Shown piece after piece: positions 24,979 through 39,961 of a stretch of 64,000 nucleotides of DNA. How positions within the stretch are numbered: the stretch's first letter is position 1; each line of letters starts with the position of its first letter. The DNA is from Eledone cirrhosa (Eukaryota). The notes under the pieces were generated by a model. That model saw only the letters and a program-made list of their open reading frames with translations. It ran no database searches and was not told the origin of the DNA. A program made the position numbers and the translations under genes. The DNA lies in the NCBI GenBank assembly GCA_964016885.1, contig OZ024743.1, positions 328,042,001 to 328,106,000 on the forward strand. The letters run 5' to 3'.

Positions 24979-27358
24979 ACGGACTATGTTAATCTTATCT
25001 GCTGTTTAAAAATGTCAACAAGTTTTACCTCTTCATAACCAAATTTCTAATAAGATTTCTAAAAAAAAAAATATTACACCAAGGACATGTGAAGGCTGGA
25101 GAGAAATGAGGCAAGCATGTTTTGATGGATGTACAATGTTAATGTGTGAGAACGACAAAGCATGGATAAACTGGGTATAAGAAGAAGAGTGCAGGAGAGG
25201 AGACTGCATTGGTATGAACATGCGAATTGCATGAATGATGATCACAGGGTGACGAAGTGCCAAGTAATCCCAGTGGAGGGGAGCTGCAGTAGAGTAAGAC
25301 CAAGGAAGACCTGGATGGAAGTAGTGAGAGTTAATCTCATATCGCTAAAGTCACGGAGGAGATAACAAAGAAACGCGACAAATGGAGAGAGGCTGTACAG
25401 TTACCTCCCTTTTTAAATAATATTCAATCCCTTTGTAAGAAATGTTTTTTTTTTGTTTTTGTGTTTGGAAAACAATTTTTTGTTTGTTTTTAACAACTCT
25501 TTTACTCTTTTACCTGTTCCAGCCATCCGACTGAGGCCATGCTGGGGCACCGCCCTTTATGAAAGTAACGTTGTTAAAGTGATGTAATAAATAACTTATT
25601 TTTCATATTAATTTATAATCATTCACTATGTCAATGGATAGACTTGACATAGTGATGACCCTGTAATAAACAGGAGAAACTCCAAAGTAACAAGGCGTAA
25701 CAAGACTCACTATTTAGCCTTAATAAAATTAATACACACACACACACAATGTGCTGAGTGAACCTAATTTGAAGTGATGTTATTAATCCTTAAAGTATAG
25801 GTAGAGGGTCGGACGCCATGCTTTCCAGCATAGTTACGTCCCTTTACGGTCTGAGTTCAAATCCCGCCGAGGTTCACTTTGCCTTTCATCCTTACGGGGT
25901 CGATAAAATAAAGTACCAGTAATGTACTGGGTAATTGCTGGCCTTGTGCCAAAAGTAGAAACAGTTATTAATCTTAAAAAGGGCTGGATTGGCAGAATTG
26001 GTAGAGCGTTGGACAATATGCTTTGCGGCTTAGAGTTACGTCCCTTTGTGTTCTGAGTTCAAATCCTGCCGAGGTTAAGCTTTGCCTTTTATCCTTACAA
26101 GGTTGATAAAATAAACTACCAGTAATACACTGAAGTTGATTTAATCGACTTTCTCTTCCACAAAAATTGTTGGTCTTGTTTCTAAATCAGAAACCATTAT
26201 TGATCCTAAATTTACTTTTTTTCTTATGAAATATCTCCCGAGAATCATTCATTCATTTATATATTGAATGAATTACAAAACAAAGATGTCCCTTCCCAAA
26301 CTTCTTCATCAAACACAAGCTAAAGTTATTTATACTTGTTAAACACTACTTTCACAGCATTATTTTTAGGTTCATGACCTAATATAAGCCTAAATCACAT
26401 GTAATTCTAACTATATACTGCATCAGCTTATAAATCTCTTCATTAACCTGACACACCTGTAATTTTACTGTTTTAGGACATCCTATTTACCTTATTACCA
26501 GTTAACACATTCCTCTACCATCCCATCACCCTTTATTTTTCAGTGCCTTTAAAACCTTTGGGAAGGAAGTGCGGAAAGATATATTCAAACTGGAAACCAG
26601 GTTCAAATATTTCCATCAGTCTGGGCTCTACTCGAGACCAGGTTCAAATATTTCCATCAGAGTAGACTCTGCTATAGACCAGGTTCAAATATTTCTATCA
26701 GTGTCAACTCTACTAGAGCCACCAAAGAGCTATGTGATGGTTTTAACTCTTTTGATACCAAGATGCCTATAACTGACACATATTTTACAATACAAATGTA
26801 TAGGGGTTTTACACATTTATATTCTAGCTAAAATATGAAACCTTGCTAATTCTAGCTAAAAAAAATCTTATTTGGAGTTGGCAACCCTGATTAAATATCT
26901 CCTTTAACCCTTTAACATTTACATACTCTATATTTACTATTGTATTTTCACAGAAAAGGCTTTATCTCATATAATATGAAATCTATGAGATTTTGATATT
27001 ATTTATTTTGAGAACAATACCTTAACATAAGTATGAGCAGCCGGTTTGAACAGAAAGAGGTGAGAGTATTCTGACCGGATATGGCAGGTTTAAATACTAA
27101 AGTGTTAAGAGGAAATCTAATCACTATAATAAAAGATGGAAGTCTTTGCTAATCTGTCACACAACCTTACATTCTAAGATATTTCATTTATACTTCATAG
27201 AACACAAATGTAAGACAAATAAGGTGTGTGTGTGTGGGGGCAGGGGGACATAGAGAGCAGATAACTGTTCTAAAATGTTTGTTGTCAATGGTGTCGTCTC
27301 TCAGACTCATCGCTTCTCTCTCTCTCCACACACACTAACATATATATATATCTATACA

Positions 27359-28822
27359 CATTGAACTGTCAGGTAAATTTGTTTTTTTTTCCCAATGCTA
27401 TTTGAGTTAACACAAAAAATATCTTTATCAGAGTGTTTTATATTTTTTGTAACTTTATTCTTCCTCTACAATTTTTATCATTTTTTAAATTTGATTAAAT
27501 TTCACCTCTTTTCAGAACATATGATAAAGAACCAAGTAGACAAAAATGAATATTCTTGACAACTGCTTCTCTTTGCTTTCAATCAAGGTTCTCCAACTGC
27601 CAAAGTTGTTCAAAGACATTTGAGTTGTGTAGAGAAGGTGGTATTACTGAAATAAACTATACAGGATTGGTTTTCAAGGTAGGGAAATTCAACCTCATAA
27701 ACTTTCCATGTTCCAGCTGACCTGTTCAGTTCAATAAGGATCAATTGAATGAGCTCATCCATGAGGATCCATGCCAGTCTAATAGGGTATCGGTCCAACA
27801 GATGGGATGCTCTCATACCATTGCTCCACTTGAAGGGTAAGGTTCAAAACTTGGTACATGATCTGAACTCCAGCACTCCTCTAACACCACCTCACTACTC
27901 ATGGAGACAGATTTCTGTACCACATTGTTAACAGCAATGAAAAATGGTGTCATTGTACCATAGTAAATACTCTCCGGTCCCCCAAAATAGGGGTGGTTGG
28001 AATAAGTGGGGAGGGTTGGTATAAGTAATGGGAGGGGTAATTGGTTATCTGTCGAGTTTTTAAAAAACCAGAATTAGTCATATTGAGACCCCAACCCATC
28101 CTATATATTTTATAACTTATGGGATTTCTAGTAATTTACTTTTGTCATGTAGAATGTTTTTAATGTATAAAGAAAATTAATTGTCGCAGGAATGCTACCA
28201 CTGAAAATAAGATTTCGCCAGAGATAGACTAGCAAAATTTAATAAGCAGGGGAGGGGAGGTAATTATTAATTAAACCAACCATATCCAGCCAGAATTCTC
28301 TCACCTCTTTCTGTTCCAATCAGCCATAACTAGCCACTCATACTAAGGTATTGTTCTCAAAATCTCACAGATTCAATATTATGTGGGATAATTATGTGAG
28401 GTAAAGCCTTTACCATGAAAATACAATAGTAAATATAGAGCAATGTAAATGCTCTAGCTTAACGAAGCAATCCAGCTGAAAAGACCCGATCAGCAATGCT
28501 ATTCCAGAGCTCAGTTGGGAAGTTCTACCACATCCACCATATTCTCCTGATATAGCATCTTCATATTATCACCTTTTCCAGTCACTCTCTGACAACGTGA
28601 AGTTCAACAACGATGTGGAGTTGAAAACATGGTTTGATGAATTCTTTGAGTCAAGATCCAGTACTTTCTACCATCAAAACATTAACAAGCTGGTGGAACA
28701 TTGGCAAGAAATTGTGGTCAATGAAGGAGAATATATTACTGAGTTATTTATTTAATTGTTGATGAGAAATAGGGATTAAAATAAATGGAAAAAAAAAACA
28801 AATTTATCTGACTACCCAATAT
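27359..28822 (+). mobile_element. Decayed mariner transposon with two nested MITEs
   Basis: TIR core gtcaggtaaatttgttttttttt / aaaaaaaaacaaatttatctgac. N-terminal LLLFAFNQG and QDWFS remnants; C-terminal WEVLPHPPYSPDIASSYYHLF...LVEHWQEIVVNEGEYI at ~28507-28743. Confidence 0.88.
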
Positions 28823-29231
28823 ATACACATACGTATTTATACACACACACATTATATATATCATCATCATCGATTAACGTCTATCTACCACGCTAGCATG
28901 GGTTAGACGGGTTTGTCCCAATTAGAGGCAAGTTGGATCGGGTGACCATGTCTCGCTCATATAGGAGAGTTTCTGACTGGTTTTCTACAACTGGATGCCC
29001 TTCCTAATGCCAATCACATTGACAGTGTGTGCTGGGTACTTTTTGCTGTCTTTTACATCCACTTTACAGTGTGGGCTGGTTTTCTACAACTGGATGCCCT
29101 TCCTAACGACAACCACATTTAGGATCAATATGATCAATATGAGAGGCAGATCTTGGATGAGTTTTTTTATTATTCATATTAAATATGGTCTTAGCCATGC
29201 AGAACTGTTCAACACATGCACACACATAAAT

Positions 29232-30424
29232 ATAGGGTATTCGGGATAAATTTGATAGTCTAATATTTTTATTTCAGATATACCCTTGTTATCTGTGAAA
29301 AATGAATGGCATTGTGAAACCTAATCACTATAGTTTTAAAGATGCCAAAGTTAACTCAAATGGACAAGTAGAAACCACCTAAATATTGGAAAAGGGTAAC
29401 CTGCATCATGATTTGTGCTATGCATCAAAATTCCACAATCATGACAGCTGCTTAATGATCTTTGAACACTGTGAAAGCTACAAGACGTAAAATGAAGAGC
29501 TGCAATGGAGACTACAAGGCCATGGCTCGTAAGAAAAGAACACGGCAGACGTTCTGATTGCCTCCATACACCAGAATTTATCGAAACACTGCAGGAGAAA
29601 GTGAACACCCAGGCAAGGGAATGCAAAGTTTAGTGTTGCAAATCCACTATAAAGCTGGCCTTGAATAAGGACATCCACTATCACTCATACAAGAGCCATA
29701 AAGGCCAATTTCTGACAGAAAAGGCTCAAGAAAACCGTCTGACAAAGGAAAATATCCTGTTGAACCAGGGACAATCTAGTTCTCCGATGAAAAGAATTTG
29801 TCAGGACCAGGTGCACAACACCCAGAACAACATGGGTTGTCATGAAGACCAAGTTTGCCCAAACTGTAATGGCTTTTGGATGTGTCTCCACTGAGGGTGA
29901 TGTCATGTCATCTCACATCTTTGAACAGGGTTTCAGGCTCAATTCGGCTGACTATGTTAAGCCTTGGTTGGAAAGGGTGGCTTTGGGAAGACTATGTGTG
30001 GGGCAGCAAGATTTAGCTCCCTATTTAGCTCACCTCTGGGAAGACTCAGAAGTAATTGTTACTACACCAGCCCCAACGTTTGGCCCCCTAACTCCTCTGA
30101 TTGCAACCCTATGGATTATTATGTGTAGGGCGCAGTTGAGAAAGACACCAACCATATTGCCTGTAACACCAAGACCCAACTGATCAACAGGATTAAGGAA
30201 GCATTTGAGGCTCTCCCTAGGGACACTGAAGGCCACATGTGTCAGCTTCCAGAGCCAAATCGAAACTATGCTGAATGAGGGTGGCTTCTTTGGATGAATT
30301 TTCTCTTTTGATCGTTTTAATCTTTGCCATTTTCTATTTTTCCAATAAATTTATTTTTGACCGAGTTATTCACTCTTTCTCCCTTAAAAAGAACCCTGTA
30401 AAATTTAGCCTGAACACACATATA
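29232..30424 (+). mobile_element. Decayed Tc1/mariner superfamily element, probably maT (DD37D)
   Basis: FSDEKN (~29780), VMAFGCVSTEG...QQDLAP (ORF 29842) and WPPNSSDCNPMDY (~30080); imperfect TIRs. Confidence 0.75.
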
Positions 30425-30509
30425 CCATCATCATTGTGTTGCATCTGTTTTTCCATGCTTGCATGGGTTGAATGGTATATATATACACACACCCAGAAAT
30501 ATCTGCCCC

Positions 30510-30885
30510 TCAAAACAGTCCTGAGTACCTTTTTGATTTCCATGTGTCTAACACACATGGGCATGCCCACAAAGTCAGAAAACAGCACAGTTCCAATGAC
30601 TTTCGGAAACATTTTTTCACGCTCAGAGTTGCTGAAGCATGGAACAAACTACCTGCATCAGTTGTTAGCTGTCGAGACACTGCATCCTTTAAAACCTCCA
30701 TGCTTCCCAAGATTCGCCAACACTACACCTAATATTCCCCCCTCCATACACACGCACATCATGACTCATACACTATTCACTTCCCTGACATTTGTATATT
30801 ATTCTATGTACTATACATGCACCTTTGACAAGTTGTAGTGCACCTGAGCACTTTACACAATAATTTCATTATTATTATTATTATA
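30510..30885 (+). mobile_element. 3' fragment of the same CR1-group LINE
   Basis: Near-identical to 24600-24978. Further 3' fragments at ~55875-56217 and ~52680-52755. Confidence 0.9.
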
Positions 30886-30896
30886 TATATATATGA

Positions 30897-31086
30897 AGGA
30901 CGGTGGATTGGCAGTATCGGTAGAGGGTCGGATGCCATGCTTTCCAGCATAGTTACGTCCCTTTACGATCTGAGTTCAAATCCCGCCGAGGTTGACTTTG
31001 CCTTTCATCCTTACAGGGTCGATAAAATAAAGTACCAGTAATGCACTGGGTAATTGCTGGCCTTGTGCCTAAAGTAGAAACAATTA
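30897..31086 (+). mobile_element. tRNA-derived SINE family (young, CpG-retaining)
   Basis: ggcggtggattggcagtatcggtagag...gttcaaatcccgccgaggttgactttgcctttcatcc...gcctaaagtagaaacaatta. Copies at 21652-21840 (-), 22400-22810 (-, two), 25796-26200 (two), 40840-41030 and 13935-14045 (-). Confidence 0.8.
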
Positions 31087-31252
31087 TATTTGTATATATA
31101 TATAGTGGACTTGAGGCAGGCACACCAGTTGTAGAAAATTGTTTTTTCTTTTATTAAGATTTTTTGTTTCAAAATTGTAAATTTAAAATAAGACATTTAA
31201 AATTTTCAACAGTCGTACATATATATTATTTTTTTTTATCCTAAAAGAGGGG

Positions 31253-31283
<31 letters not shown>

Positions 31284-34200
31284 CATATGTAAATGAGTCA
31301 GGATTTTTTTCAATGATTTTATTTGTAAATATTTAAATGAAAACTTGTGTGAACAAACAGGAAATTGAATTAATAAAATAAAGTGTGTGGATAACATGGG
31401 AATTGAACCCTTGTTCCTTGGTTAATGTCATTGTTGTACAGCCTTTCAATTAACCTATCGCCACAACTGTATCATATTTTTGTAGGGCTTCTTTTGGTCA
31501 TCACCAACCATGGAATTGAACCTGGGTAGTTCCTCTTCAAGATACAAGCCTGGGCATGTTTTTTGTGGAAGACCAGCTATTGCCCATACATGCTAGTCAC
31601 CCCTCTCTACACCAATTTTGTCCAAGGGTAAGGCAAAAGCCAATACAACTTGGCACCAGTGTTGTCTCAACTCATACATTGTATGTGATGTTATCTAAGA
31701 GTAAGGCAAGGGCCGATACAGTTTGGCACCAGTGTTGATGCAACTCATACACTATATAAAACTATATGTGATAATATCTAATGGTATGGCAAAGGCCGAT
31801 ACAGTTTGGCACCAGTGTTGTTGCAACTCAATTTTTCTCTGGCTGAATGGACTGGAGCAAGTTGAAGTGTAGTGGACACAAAATGCACCACCACCCAGTC
31901 CAGGAATCAAACTCCCAACTTTATGTGAGTCAAATAGCCAAACACTCTAACCACACACCTTCACACCATTATATATAATTGCCAAATTCTAAAAGCCAAA
32001 TCATGTGGATGAGATCAGTTTTATTCTATTAACAGTCTACCTTCTCTTGTACTATCTCCTACTATCCTTCGTTACTCTCTATTTTCTGTATGTCTACACA
32101 CAAGTTCTCATTCTAACATAGAAATTTGGTTTCCTTTAGTAGTCAAATTTCAACATTTTATAAAAGTGAATCAACAAAAGCTTGCCATAACAGTCAGTCA
32201 AAAAACAATGTTTTGGTAGACATTGAGAATCTACACATCAAAAACCAAAGTATACAGTAGTTTTGTTGTTATTCTTTTACTTGTTTCAGTCCATAGACTG
32301 CAGCCATGCTGGAGCACCGTATTCATTTTTTCAAGTCTGGTACTTGTTTTATCAATCTTTTTTTGTTGAACCGCTAGGTTACAGGAGATAAAAATACACA
32401 CACACACACACACACACAGGCTTCTGTAGTTTCTACCAAATTCCACTCACAAGGCACTGGTCAACCCAAGGTTACTATAGTAGTTGACACTTTCCTCAAA
32501 GTTCCACACAGCAGGACTGAACCCAGAATCAACTGGTTGCGGAACAAACTTCTTAACCACTCCATGCCAGCACCTATGAAAATTGAATACTTTTCCAACT
32601 GGCATACGATACTTTCAGGTTGTGTAAACTGGAGGATCTGTACTTTGGTTACCAATATTTTACAATTGTACTCTCGGGTCTCAAATAATAGGAAGGTTGG
32701 AGAAATGATAATTTTTCTAGGTTTTCTCCGTTGATTTAAAAAAAACTAGAATTAGTCATTTAGTTTACTGGTAGTGGGGAGGAACACTGTCTATGACCAT
32801 TTTCAAGGTCTCTAAGACTAGTGAGAGAGAGGGACTCTGACTGGTGGGAGGGAGGAAATCTATCTTCAAACCAGAAACAGTCTAAATGCTTACAGCAAAG
32901 GACCAGGTGGTGGTGTTAAACTAGGTGACAGATTACCATATATATTGAATATAAGCTGAATGTGTAACAGAAAAAAAAAAAAAAAAATCTATGGTAAAAT
33001 AGCGCAGAGGGGGTCCAATATTTTGACGATTTTCACCAACTTCAAATTCTACGTAAATAAAGTGTTAAAATATCTGGAGTGATTATTTTGCAATGAAACA
33101 CTTTCTACATTTACTATATTGTTGTGAGTTTTATTTATGCATTGCTTTCAGAACATTCCCAACAAATGTTTATTATTTGAACTTTTTAAGACAAATATCC
33201 CCCACATAAATGCATACATATAAACACCTGCACCAACTGTTTTTCTGTGATTTAAGATTGAAAGAAAAAGTATAATTGTTTTATTTCTCTCTCTTCTCTT
33301 ACATTTTCTCATTCTCTCACTTGCTGCCCCCCCCCCCCTCTACCCCGAATCCTTAATGTGTTCTCATAGTGGATCTCTTAACTATTCTCTATTCATTTCG
33401 ACCCCACCCCTAGTGTTTTTAATGATCTCCATTATGGTTAAAGAAAATCTTTTTAAAATAATATCTTAAACTAAAAGTATATCTACATTTCTTTATATTA
33501 TATTAATTTAGAATTTTCTCATGCTTTTTTATCTTTTAATTATAAAGAAATAAAATTTTCTAAAAATGTGGGAGAGGTTGTCTTATTTTCACTTGGGGGT
33601 TTTGTATATAGTGGATTTGTGAAACAAAAACTATACTCTAAACACCACTTAAAACATTTTAAATATAAAAATATTAAAATTTTGTAAATATTTTCTCCAC
33701 TCATGAGAATTTCAAAACTGCACCATATGTTGAGCTGCCTTGGCTTATAAATTTGGAATTTTACCCATTTCTCATACATAAACTGGATGGGATGGAGGAG
33801 GGGTCCTCCTCCCCCAGCTTATATTCGAGTAAGTCTACTACATAAGCACCAAGTGGTAGTATTAACCAAGTGAGATTAAATTTATTACCCAAATAGGTCA
33901 CAGTAGAATTAAAGCTTGAAACACCAAGAGTTGGAACAAATACTGTCCCAATTCTATTTATTCACCATCCCTGGACTGGTACTCATGGAGGCTCAAAAAT
34001 TGAGGGGGGGGGATCAGTAATTTTTCTAGATTGTCTCAGTTGATTTTTTTAAAAACCCAGAAGTTTTACATAGACCCCAACCCATTCTATTTATTTTATA
34101 ACCTATGGGATTTCTAGTAATGTTCTTTTGTCATGTATAATGTTTTTTAATGTCTAAAGAAAATAGTCACAGGTATGCTACCACTTAAAATTTTGCCAGA

Positions 34201-34625
34201 GATAGATTAGCAAAATTTAATAAGTGTGTGAGTGGATTGGGAGGAGGTTTGAGACCTCAGAGTACTTTACTTTATCAACCTTCAAACAAAGCAAAAGTGG
34301 TCTCAGCAGAATTTGAGATCAGGACACAGAGATCTAGAAGACCACAAAGTTATTTAGTCTAATGCTTTAAACACGTTGCCAATCAGTTTGAAACTTCCAC
34401 AGCAACACCATTACAGTTTTGATATCTCTCTAAACCATATCACCGAGTGTGATATCATTTAGTGAAGATTTCCATTAGTATTAAACTCAAAATATGTAAC
34501 CATTCAAAAGTATTCAATTTTCATTATTTTTACCATGCTGGCATGGGTTGGACGGGTTAGTTGCACATTATATGAAGACAAATCAGCAATATGTATATGT
34601 ATATACACACACACACATATATATA

Positions 34626-34675
<50 letters not shown>

Positions 34676-37542
34676 ACTGTTTTATATCCAATTTTCCAGG
34701 TTGGCATGGGTTTGACATATACACACACACACACACACATGCATATCATCACTATCATTTTATGTCTGCCTTCCGTATTAGTATGGGTTGGACAGGTTGT
34801 CATGGCCCTAGGCTACATGGTTTAAAGAGACCTTGGAAAACTGAAAGTGTCTCATCTCGCCAAATTAATTTCACATGCTCCACTCATAAGCCACTAAAAG
34901 GATTGGTGTCAGGAAGGGAATGTGACTGTTAAACATTGTCTCAAAAGTCCCATCTAACCCATGCCGGCATGGAAAAGTTGACACACAAGAACCCACCTCC
35001 AACGCGCACACACACACACACGATCCAACGAGGGGATCCTAAACCTATCTCTATTATTAACATTTGTAATAAAAGGTCACTTGACCAGTCCAGTTGCAGA
35101 ATGTAACAACCCATCTAAACATGGAAAATAGACATATGGTGTGGTGTGGTGTCGTGTATATGTACACACACACACAACCCTTATCGAGTCTTCTTTGGTC
35201 TTTGTATTTATTATTACTATATATATATATATCCTGTCCAAACCTTGCTACCAAAGAAAATGGACATTAAATGATGATTATATATTCATAATACTGTCAT
35301 TTTTAACATATTGATTCTCTGTATATCTGCCAATTGTTTAAAAAGAGAAACGAAATGAACTATAAATTTCAGAGTTTTGTGAAAAAAAATTAAAAAAATC
35401 CATTTAAGGCTAAAAACAAATACCATTGACCTCAATATAGTTTTGCTCCAATGAAGGCTGTCAAAATATTTATAACAGTGGGAGGTTTAAATGCTAAACA
35501 TTCAGGAGAGATTTAGGAAGAGAAATTTTTAAAAAATGAAACAAATAAATAAAATAGGAAAAACAATTGCACTCCTTCAAATGATGTGGGGGAGAGTGAA
35601 GTAGATAATAAAACTGAATACAGTCACTCTTTACTTAACGACTGCTTGTTCTTATGAGCAATTTGTGTGTACAGAAATTTATATATTATGTTCAGGGTAG
35701 ATATAGACTTTGCAAGGTGTAGTGAAGGCAACCTGTCTAGGAGAACAGTCACTCTGAATAAAAACTGTTTGTGTGACATGATAAAATGCACAGAGTTCAT
35801 GTTGTAAAGTGGTTAGTGACAGGATGGACAATCAGTCAGAAAAACCATGATGATAATGAGTAGGCAGATTATTATCATCATCATCAACATCTCATTTAAC
35901 CTATGCAAGCAAGGAAAAGCAGATATGATATATTTTAAAAACTTCTTTTCTGTAATTGTTTAATGTCACATATTTTCGTCTCCAACACCCCCCCCCCCCT
36001 TTTTGTTTCAAAATAATCTTTTATTTTCTTTGTAACAGATTTACAGTTACTAAATACCAGCTTTATATGTCTTTATTGAAATATTTCATTTAATATAAAA
36101 CTGATAACTTTATACTCTCAGTGACTCCACCTGTTGAGTGACATTAATACAATTTCTAAAGATATTTTATTACAAGCTCATTGGAACAGAATTTGGTCAT
36201 TAAGAGTGGCTTTATTACTACTTTTAAAAAAGCTTTTATATATCCTTTCATGGCAGCTAGCATGGCTCGGTTTATTTGGATATTATCAGAAAACTAAGTC
36301 AATTTCTGTTGGTTTTTTTTTCATAAAGTGATATTTCTAGTCCCAAATTTCAACCATAAATGGTAACAATGTGTATTTTTGTTTTAGTTTAGTGACAAAG
36401 GAAACAATAATAGCTATAGCGGGATTTGAACTGCCGTATTTGTGAAATGTAGTGATGAGGTCTAAACACTGTAACCCTAACAGCTACTGTGGCAGTAGCA
36501 GCTTTACAAAGTAGCTTTGAAATTTATAAGTCAGATTTGATTCAACGTATACTACAATCACACACACACACATATATATATTAAACTATGCATTAAACAG
36601 CTGGACTATACTATGAATTCATATAGTATAGTATACATACACACACATATATATATATGTGCATGCATACATAATACATATCCACACCTATATATGCATG
36701 CATATATACATACAAATGTGTTGACACATTTACACACATACATTCACACACATATATATCAGATTCTGGATATAGATGAATAAAAATAAAGATGCTATTG
36801 AAAGAATCTGGATTATATAAAAAAATATGATTGACAGAAGAAGCGCAGCAATAAAATTGAGAATGAGTGATTTAAGTCAACAATCAAATCTGGTTAGACA
36901 AGTGAACAGCCATCTAATATTTTCTTGTCAACAATACATGTAACAGTGGAAGTGGAGTTCTTAGAAAACAGCAAAATAATGCTAAGACAGTACCTGAGAT
37001 TTTGTCAGCCATGCTATAGGTCAGAAATTATTGGAAATGGTTAGCAGGAATTTCATAGTTTGTTTAACCCTTTCAACACCAAATTGCTGGTTCTAATATG
37101 ATAAAATATTTGTTTTAAAGTGTTCATGTTTAAATTTAAACCTTCCATTATAATGTTTTTCTAAAAACCTTTTCATAAGTTATACCCCAAACAACATAAT
37201 ACCAAGAAAGTTATATTATTAAACCCCTCCAAAAACTTTTTTTTTCATTATTTCAAAGATTAATTGAAAACACTAAGCAGCGCATTTCATTAGAAATATG
37301 GTTATGAAGGAGTTAAAGCTTAAGTTTCAACACACCAGATAATTCTGTTATGAGACTGACCTGCAAAAAATACATCTGATGTCAAGAATTATCATAATAT
37401 ATCTGATGGAGAAATAATTTAGTGATTTGCTTGTTTGGTTAGTAATACTTTAGAGGACTGGTGTTTGCTGGGGGACTGAAGGGTACTTTGGAGTGGAAGG
37501 AAAAATTGCTGCCAATAGTTCATCAAGTGATTTATTTGGGAT

Positions 37543-37875
37543 TGAGGATTAGGGTTATATATATACACAGCAAATATTACCATTGTGTGAGGCTTAAGTC
37601 AACAAGTCATGTACAGTTTGTCCCAAGTTTTAAGGCTTATCAGACCAGAACATATGATTTCACCAGAGAGGTAACCTCTGGCTCCTGTTAGAACTTATTG
37701 TCAAGATGACAGAGGATTAGGGATAGGGTTATATATACAGTAAATATAACCATTGTGTAAGGCTTTAGTCAGCAAGTCATGTACAGTTTGTCCCAAGTTT
37801 GGAGGTTCATCAGATTGAAAGCCCATCAGACCAGAACATATGATTTCACCACAGAGGTAAACTCCAGCTACTGCT
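37543..37875. repeat. ~170-bp tandem duplication
   Basis: gaggattaggg...aagtcatgtacagtttgtcccaagttt...accagaacatatgatttcacca occurs twice. Confidence 0.85.
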
Positions 37876-38134
37876 GGCATTGATTTTCAGGTGAGTTGAC
37901 TTTGAGAAATATAAAATATGTTTTGCTCAAGAACACATTATACCACCTTGTTCAGGAATTGAACCCATGACATTATGATCATAGACCCAACACCCTAACC
38001 ACACAAGAAACATGTAGCACCTTCAATAAGCTCTGTCCCGATGAGTGTTTAGACTTGGGATGACAAACTTTAACCTACGAATATGTAGTAAAGGTTAGAT
38101 ATGCTGCATGGTGAGTCATTCCAATAAAATCACT

Positions 38135-39230
38135 GACAGTTGTTACTGCTGTCATTAGCAATAACAATTGTGAAGGTTGCTACATGTTTCTGTCATTAAC
38201 ATGTAGCAACCTTGACAGTTGTTACTGCTGTCATTAGAAACATGTAGAGCCATGACAGTTTTTACTATTGTCGTTAGTGACATGTAGCAATCTTGGCAGT
38301 TGTTACCGCCATCATTAGTAGCATGTAGCATCCCTGGCAGTTACCGCCGTCATTACTAACATGTAGCATCCCTGGCAGGTGTCACTGCCATCATTAGTAA
38401 CATGTAGCATCCCTGGCAGTTGTCACCGCCGTCATTAGTAACATGTAGCAATCTTGGCAGTTGTCACTGCCGTCATTAGTAACATGTAGCATCCCTGGCA
38501 GTTGTCACAGCTGTCATTAGTAACATGTAGCAACCTCAACTGTTGATACTGCTGTCATTAAACACATGTAGAACTATAGACAAGCAGTGCAGGGTGGAGC
38601 ATGTCAATAGAACCAAAGGGTGCACTCTTGACAATGACACAAAGTACCACAGGTGTCAAAATGGTTCCACGGAGGTCAATGGTTCCAACAATGTCACAGG
38701 GGTCAATGGTTGCAACAATGTCACAGGGGTCAATGGTTGCAACAATGTCACAGGGGTCAATGGTTGCAACAATGTCACAGGGGTCAAAGGTGCATCTGGT
38801 GTCACTATAATACCACTGATGTCAGAAGTGCCACTGGTGTCACAAATGCCTCTGATGTCAGACGTGCCTCCAGTGTCACCATAATGCCACAGGTGTCAGA
38901 AATGCCTCTGATGTCACAAGTGTCTCCAGTGTCACCATAATGCCACAGGTGTCAGAAATGCCTCTGATGTCACAAGTGTCTCCAGTGTCACCATAATGCC
39001 ACAGGTGTCAGAAATGCCTCTGATGTCACAAGTGTCTCCAGTGTCACCATAATGCCTCTGATGTCACAAGTGTCTCCAGTGTCACTATAATGCCACAGGT
39101 GTCACAAATGCCTCTGATGTCACAAGTGTCTCCAGTGTCACTATAATGCCACAGGTGTCAGAAATGCCTCTGATGTCACAAGTTCCACTGGAGTCACAAG
39201 TGCCACTATAATACAACTGGTATCACTATA
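38135..39230. repeat. Three adjacent minisatellites (~41-, 27- and 56-bp units) downstream of the SMG6 stop
   Basis: aacatgtagcatccctggcagttgtcaccgccgtcattagt (38135-38575); ggggtcaatggttgcaacaatgtcaca (38672-38790); gtgtcaccataatgccacaggtgtcagaaatgcctctgatgtcacaagtgtctcca (38795-39230). Confidence 0.9.
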
Positions 39231-39961
39231 GATTAGTTTTAATAAAGAAAGGAACATACCAAATGTACACTTTAGACTAATGTAAGTTAATATAACTAAA
39301 CAATCAGAAATGAATGCATTAGAGACTTGTTTTGCTTTCTTCATATGGAAATTAATAAAAAAGCATCAATGAAAATAATTAGTGTTCCCAAAATGAATAA
39401 AATGAGAAACTGCAATTCCTTCACAATAATTAATGGACAGTTTTAAATTAAATGGGTAAATTTGGGGGACGGGGACTGAAAAAAAAAATTAATTGAAGAT
39501 AAAGTAAAAAAAAAAAAAAAGGTATAACTAATTTTTAAAATAATTATAAAACTTTCCTGTGAAATGCACCTATTTTATCAAAGTCTAGGTTTAGAGTGAA
39601 AATGAGTTGTTGAGGTTAACAATAGCTCATTACAAAGTTGAAGGTCAACTTCAATGGCCAGTATACAGTGTCTTGGTGGAAAAACTGGCTGAATATGTGG
39701 CATTTTCAGCTGTTTCGACATAGAAGCAGACTATATTGATTGTAGTCAGTGTCTGGTCATTAACAGCCAGTGGGAGAACTGGGTGGTTCACACTGACGTT
39801 TGTGTCTTCTTCCATCTCATGTTACCTACTCCTTGTCCTTGTTTTCATCTTGTCATGGATTTTCGCTTGGACCACAGCTGCTCAGCTGGAAACATCGGGA
39901 CCCTTGTCACTTCAATTTTAAAATGGGTGACAAGGAAATGATTGCAAAAGATGAAATGGTT

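Noticed and set aside
38543-38940. Repetitive ORFs (GVNGCNNVT, QQCHRGQW)
   Set aside because: By-products of a 27-bp minisatellite open in all three frames; the adjacent 56-bp unit breaks frame.
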